DNA of 26,889 nt from assembly GCA_028822745.1 (NCBI GenBank), contig JAPKCZ010000001.1, positions 1 through 26,889 of the forward strand, read 5' to 3'. This document shows, one piece after another, positions 24,821 through 26,889 of this stretch; within the stretch, counting starts at the first letter, position 1; the number at the start of each line of letters is the position of its first letter. The position numbers were made by a program, and so were the translations under genes. Source of the DNA: Kiritimatiellia bacterium (GTDB lineage Bacteria; Verrucomicrobiota; Kiritimatiellia; UBA8416; JAIOPI01). A model generated the notes under the pieces. It did not search any database. It saw only the letters and a program-made list of their open reading frames with translations, and had not been told where the DNA came from.

Positions 24821-25924
24821 ACACCAACCAACGTGGGCTTGCACACAGCCGAACTTCAAACCGGATCGGATTCGCTAACAAGCCCCGACCAGATCACGCT
24901 TTCTGGAACTGGCCGAATCGCACCGCCACAGTTCGAGGCGATTCCGCCGTCTATCGGCTTTCCAATGACGGCCGTTGGAACGTCGGCCCCGCCTGTGACC
25001 CTGGTCGTTTCCAACATCAGCAACGTCAGCCATACGCTGATGGCCGTTGAAATCACCGATGATGCGTTGGCGGAGTATACGTTGACACCGCTGCTTTCAC
25101 TGCCAATCGTGCCGGCGCCAGGTGACACTGCGAGCTTGAATGTCGACTATCAACCTGCCCGTTCCGGTGTACGCAGCGCCAATGCAGCCGTGCATTTTGA
25201 CGCCAATACGCAGCATCACATCGTGCCCTTGTCGGGTATTGGGCAAGGTGGCGGCACGCGTACGCGCTATCGCGTAAATAGCGGTGGGCCAACGTTTAAC
25301 AACGGAATAGATGTCTGGGAAGAGGATTCGCCATATCAAAACACAGGCAATTCATACACCACAGTAGAGGCCATTTCAAATACCGTTGTGGATACCCTTT
25401 ATCAATCGCAACGCTGGGACCCCTTGAACGCTCCGGACATGGAATACGCCTTCCCCGCACCCGCAGGGTTCTATTCTGTTCAACTGCATTTTGCCGAAAT
25501 TTTCAACGGTGTTAACTTTGTCGGTGCACGTGTTTTCAATGTGCAGATTGAGGGCCAGACCGTGCTAACCAATTTTGATGTTTACGCTGAAGCAGAACTT
25601 TACACAGCGCTCATAAAAGACATACCCGTAATCACGACCGATGGCGTCATCAATGTCACGTTCAGCCATAGTGTCGAAAATCCGAATGTGTCTGGGTTTA
25701 AAGTATCGAAGCACGACGTGGAGTTGATTGTCGATCAGCACGTCGTGGCATTAGGTCATCTGTCTCTGGGGCAAAGCAGTCCGACCAACACTGTGATGCT
25801 GACCAACCTGGGCAGCGAAGCTCTTGAAATCACAGAGCTGAGCTTCATCGCCGCCTCCGAATCCACCAACCTGACTTTTACCCTCAACACAACCAACGCA
25901 TTCATCAAGACCAGTATTCCCTGA
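24794..25924 (+). pseudogene. Internal fragment of a surface protein: partial ASH/Ig-like domain, ASH domain, malectin domain, partial ASH domain
   Basis: Begins mid-domain (SISFTPTNVG...ITLSGTG); malectin signature YRVNSGG...LYQSQRW...YSVQLHFAEI...RVFNVQIEG...NFDVY...NPNVSG; no RBS or signal peptide; in-frame TAG at 24776. Confidence 0.75.
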
Positions 25925-26076
25925 TCGGGAACGAAAAAGCAGGTCGCCGACGTTGATGCGTGTGAAGACGGATCGGCCTCGCTCCTGTCTCGTCGTACGA
26001 TCATGCATATGGTTCGGCCGGAGTCCGTCACGAAAAACGCATACCCGTGGCGTGGTCCCGTGAGTCGAAAAGTGGC

Positions 26077-26105
26077 TTGACGCCTTCTCTTCGGCCTTAT
26101 ACCGT
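26077..26105 (+). promoter_or_regulatory. Candidate sigma70 promoter for the TylF-like gene
   Basis: TTGACG-17 nt-TACCGT. Confidence 0.4.
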
Positions 26106-26198
26106 CGACGAGACGTTTTAGGCCCGAATCCTGTGCCATCAGGAGACGGGCGTGGTGGTTTCTAACGATGTGAAGCAAGGTCTCTTAAGGAGCTGGGC

Positions 26199-26889
26199 AT
26201 GGACAATACTTTTGTTGCAACGTATCTGAACTGGGATCACCGTGCCCCCAGAAAGAAGCACAGGATTGGGAATCGAATTCTGAAAGCTCTGGGAAGGGAT
26301 GCGATGCTCGTGCCTACGTCGCCCAACATGGCTAATATTGAAACTCGCATGAATGTATTCCACCTGATGCGGCACGTTGCTGTTTCAAAAATTACGGGTG
26401 ATGTTGTGGAGCTGGGTTGTGCGGCAGGCGAAAGCTCAATTGTCGTTCAAAAAGTCCTTAACGAATTTGCACCCGACAAGGCATTTCATGTGTTCGACAG
26501 CTTTGAGGGCTTGCCGGAAATTAAAGCGGAGGATCAAAGCGACAACGTTTTCAAAAAGGGCGACGTGTCAGTGCCGGAAAATATTCTCCACAAGAATTTC
26601 GCAGAAACACAGGTCAGCCCTCCGCATGTACATAAGGGTTGGTTTGAAGACACGGTGCCCTACAATTTGCCCGACAAGATCAGTTTTGCCATCGTCGATG
26701 GGGATCTTTATAGCTCGACGAAGCACATCCTTCCGCACGTGTACGAACGCCTCAGCCCGGGTGCTATCTGCATTTTCATTGTGTACTACAATGAAAATAT
26801 TTTTCGTCGAGATTACACTGATGACTGCCAAAAATGCCCGGGTGCAAGAAGAGCGATCGATGAGTTTTTCGCGGACAAACCCGAGTCCG
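26199..26889 (+). CDS. TylF/MycF/NovP-family O-methyltransferase; truncated by window edge
   Basis: Translated by hand (not in ORF track): AAGGAG RBS at 26187, MDNTFVATYLNWD...GDVVELGCAAGES...HVFDSFEGLPE...HKGWFEDTVP...ISFAIVDGDLYSST...RLSPGA...PGARRAIDEFF. Confidence 0.9.
   Translation, partial: MDNTFVATYLNWDHRAPRKKHRIGNRILKALGRDAMLVPTSPNMANIETRMNVFHLMRHVAVSKITGDVVELGCAAGESSIVVQKVLNEFAPDKAFHVFDSFEGLPEIKAEDQSDNVFKKGDVSVPENILHKNFAETQVSPPHVHKGWFEDTVPYNLPDKISFAIVDGDLYSSTKHILPHVYERLSPGAICIFIVYYNENIFRRDYTDDCQKCPGARRAIDEFFADKPES

Noticed and set aside
24511-26889. Integrative element or prophage at tRNA-Gln
   Set aside because: No integrase and no duplicated tRNA 3' end within the window; it could lie further right.
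1-26889. CRISPR array, IS elements, defence systems
   Set aside because: No regularly spaced direct repeats, transposase, nuclease or toxin-antitoxin motifs recognised.

Overview
Bacterial chromosomal window, most likely PVC superphylum (Kiritimatiellae/Verrucomicrobiota-like; inferred from the DUF1800, DUF1549 and 'NLGQ' modules), centred on the probable replication origin. Left to right: 5' part of a secreted DUF1800 protein with Calx-beta and CHRD domains (runs off the left edge, absent from the ORF track); truA-GH13 amylase; a small repeat lipoprotein; a DUF1549 remnant; a ~10.8 kb tightly packed minus-strand run (two Cys/Met PLP enzymes, PCD, pepN, rfbD, DPE2-type and MalQ-type GH77); a small membrane protein; an MpaB/DUF2236 oxygenase; an HMG-CoA synthase broken right after its catalytic Cys; a divergent LpxC; an M24 peptidase; dnaA and dnaN with AT-rich flanks; tRNA-Gln(CUG); a decayed malectin/ASH surface-protein mosaic; and a TylF-type methyltransferase running off the right edge. 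No integrase, transposase, CRISPR array or defence system is visible. Best leads: non-canonical DnaA boxes (TGTTAATAA type) alongside an altered DnaA recognition helix, an LpxC with a rewritten Zn/catalytic motif, and several abruptly fused gene fragments. All assignments are from motif recognition by eye; no searches were run.
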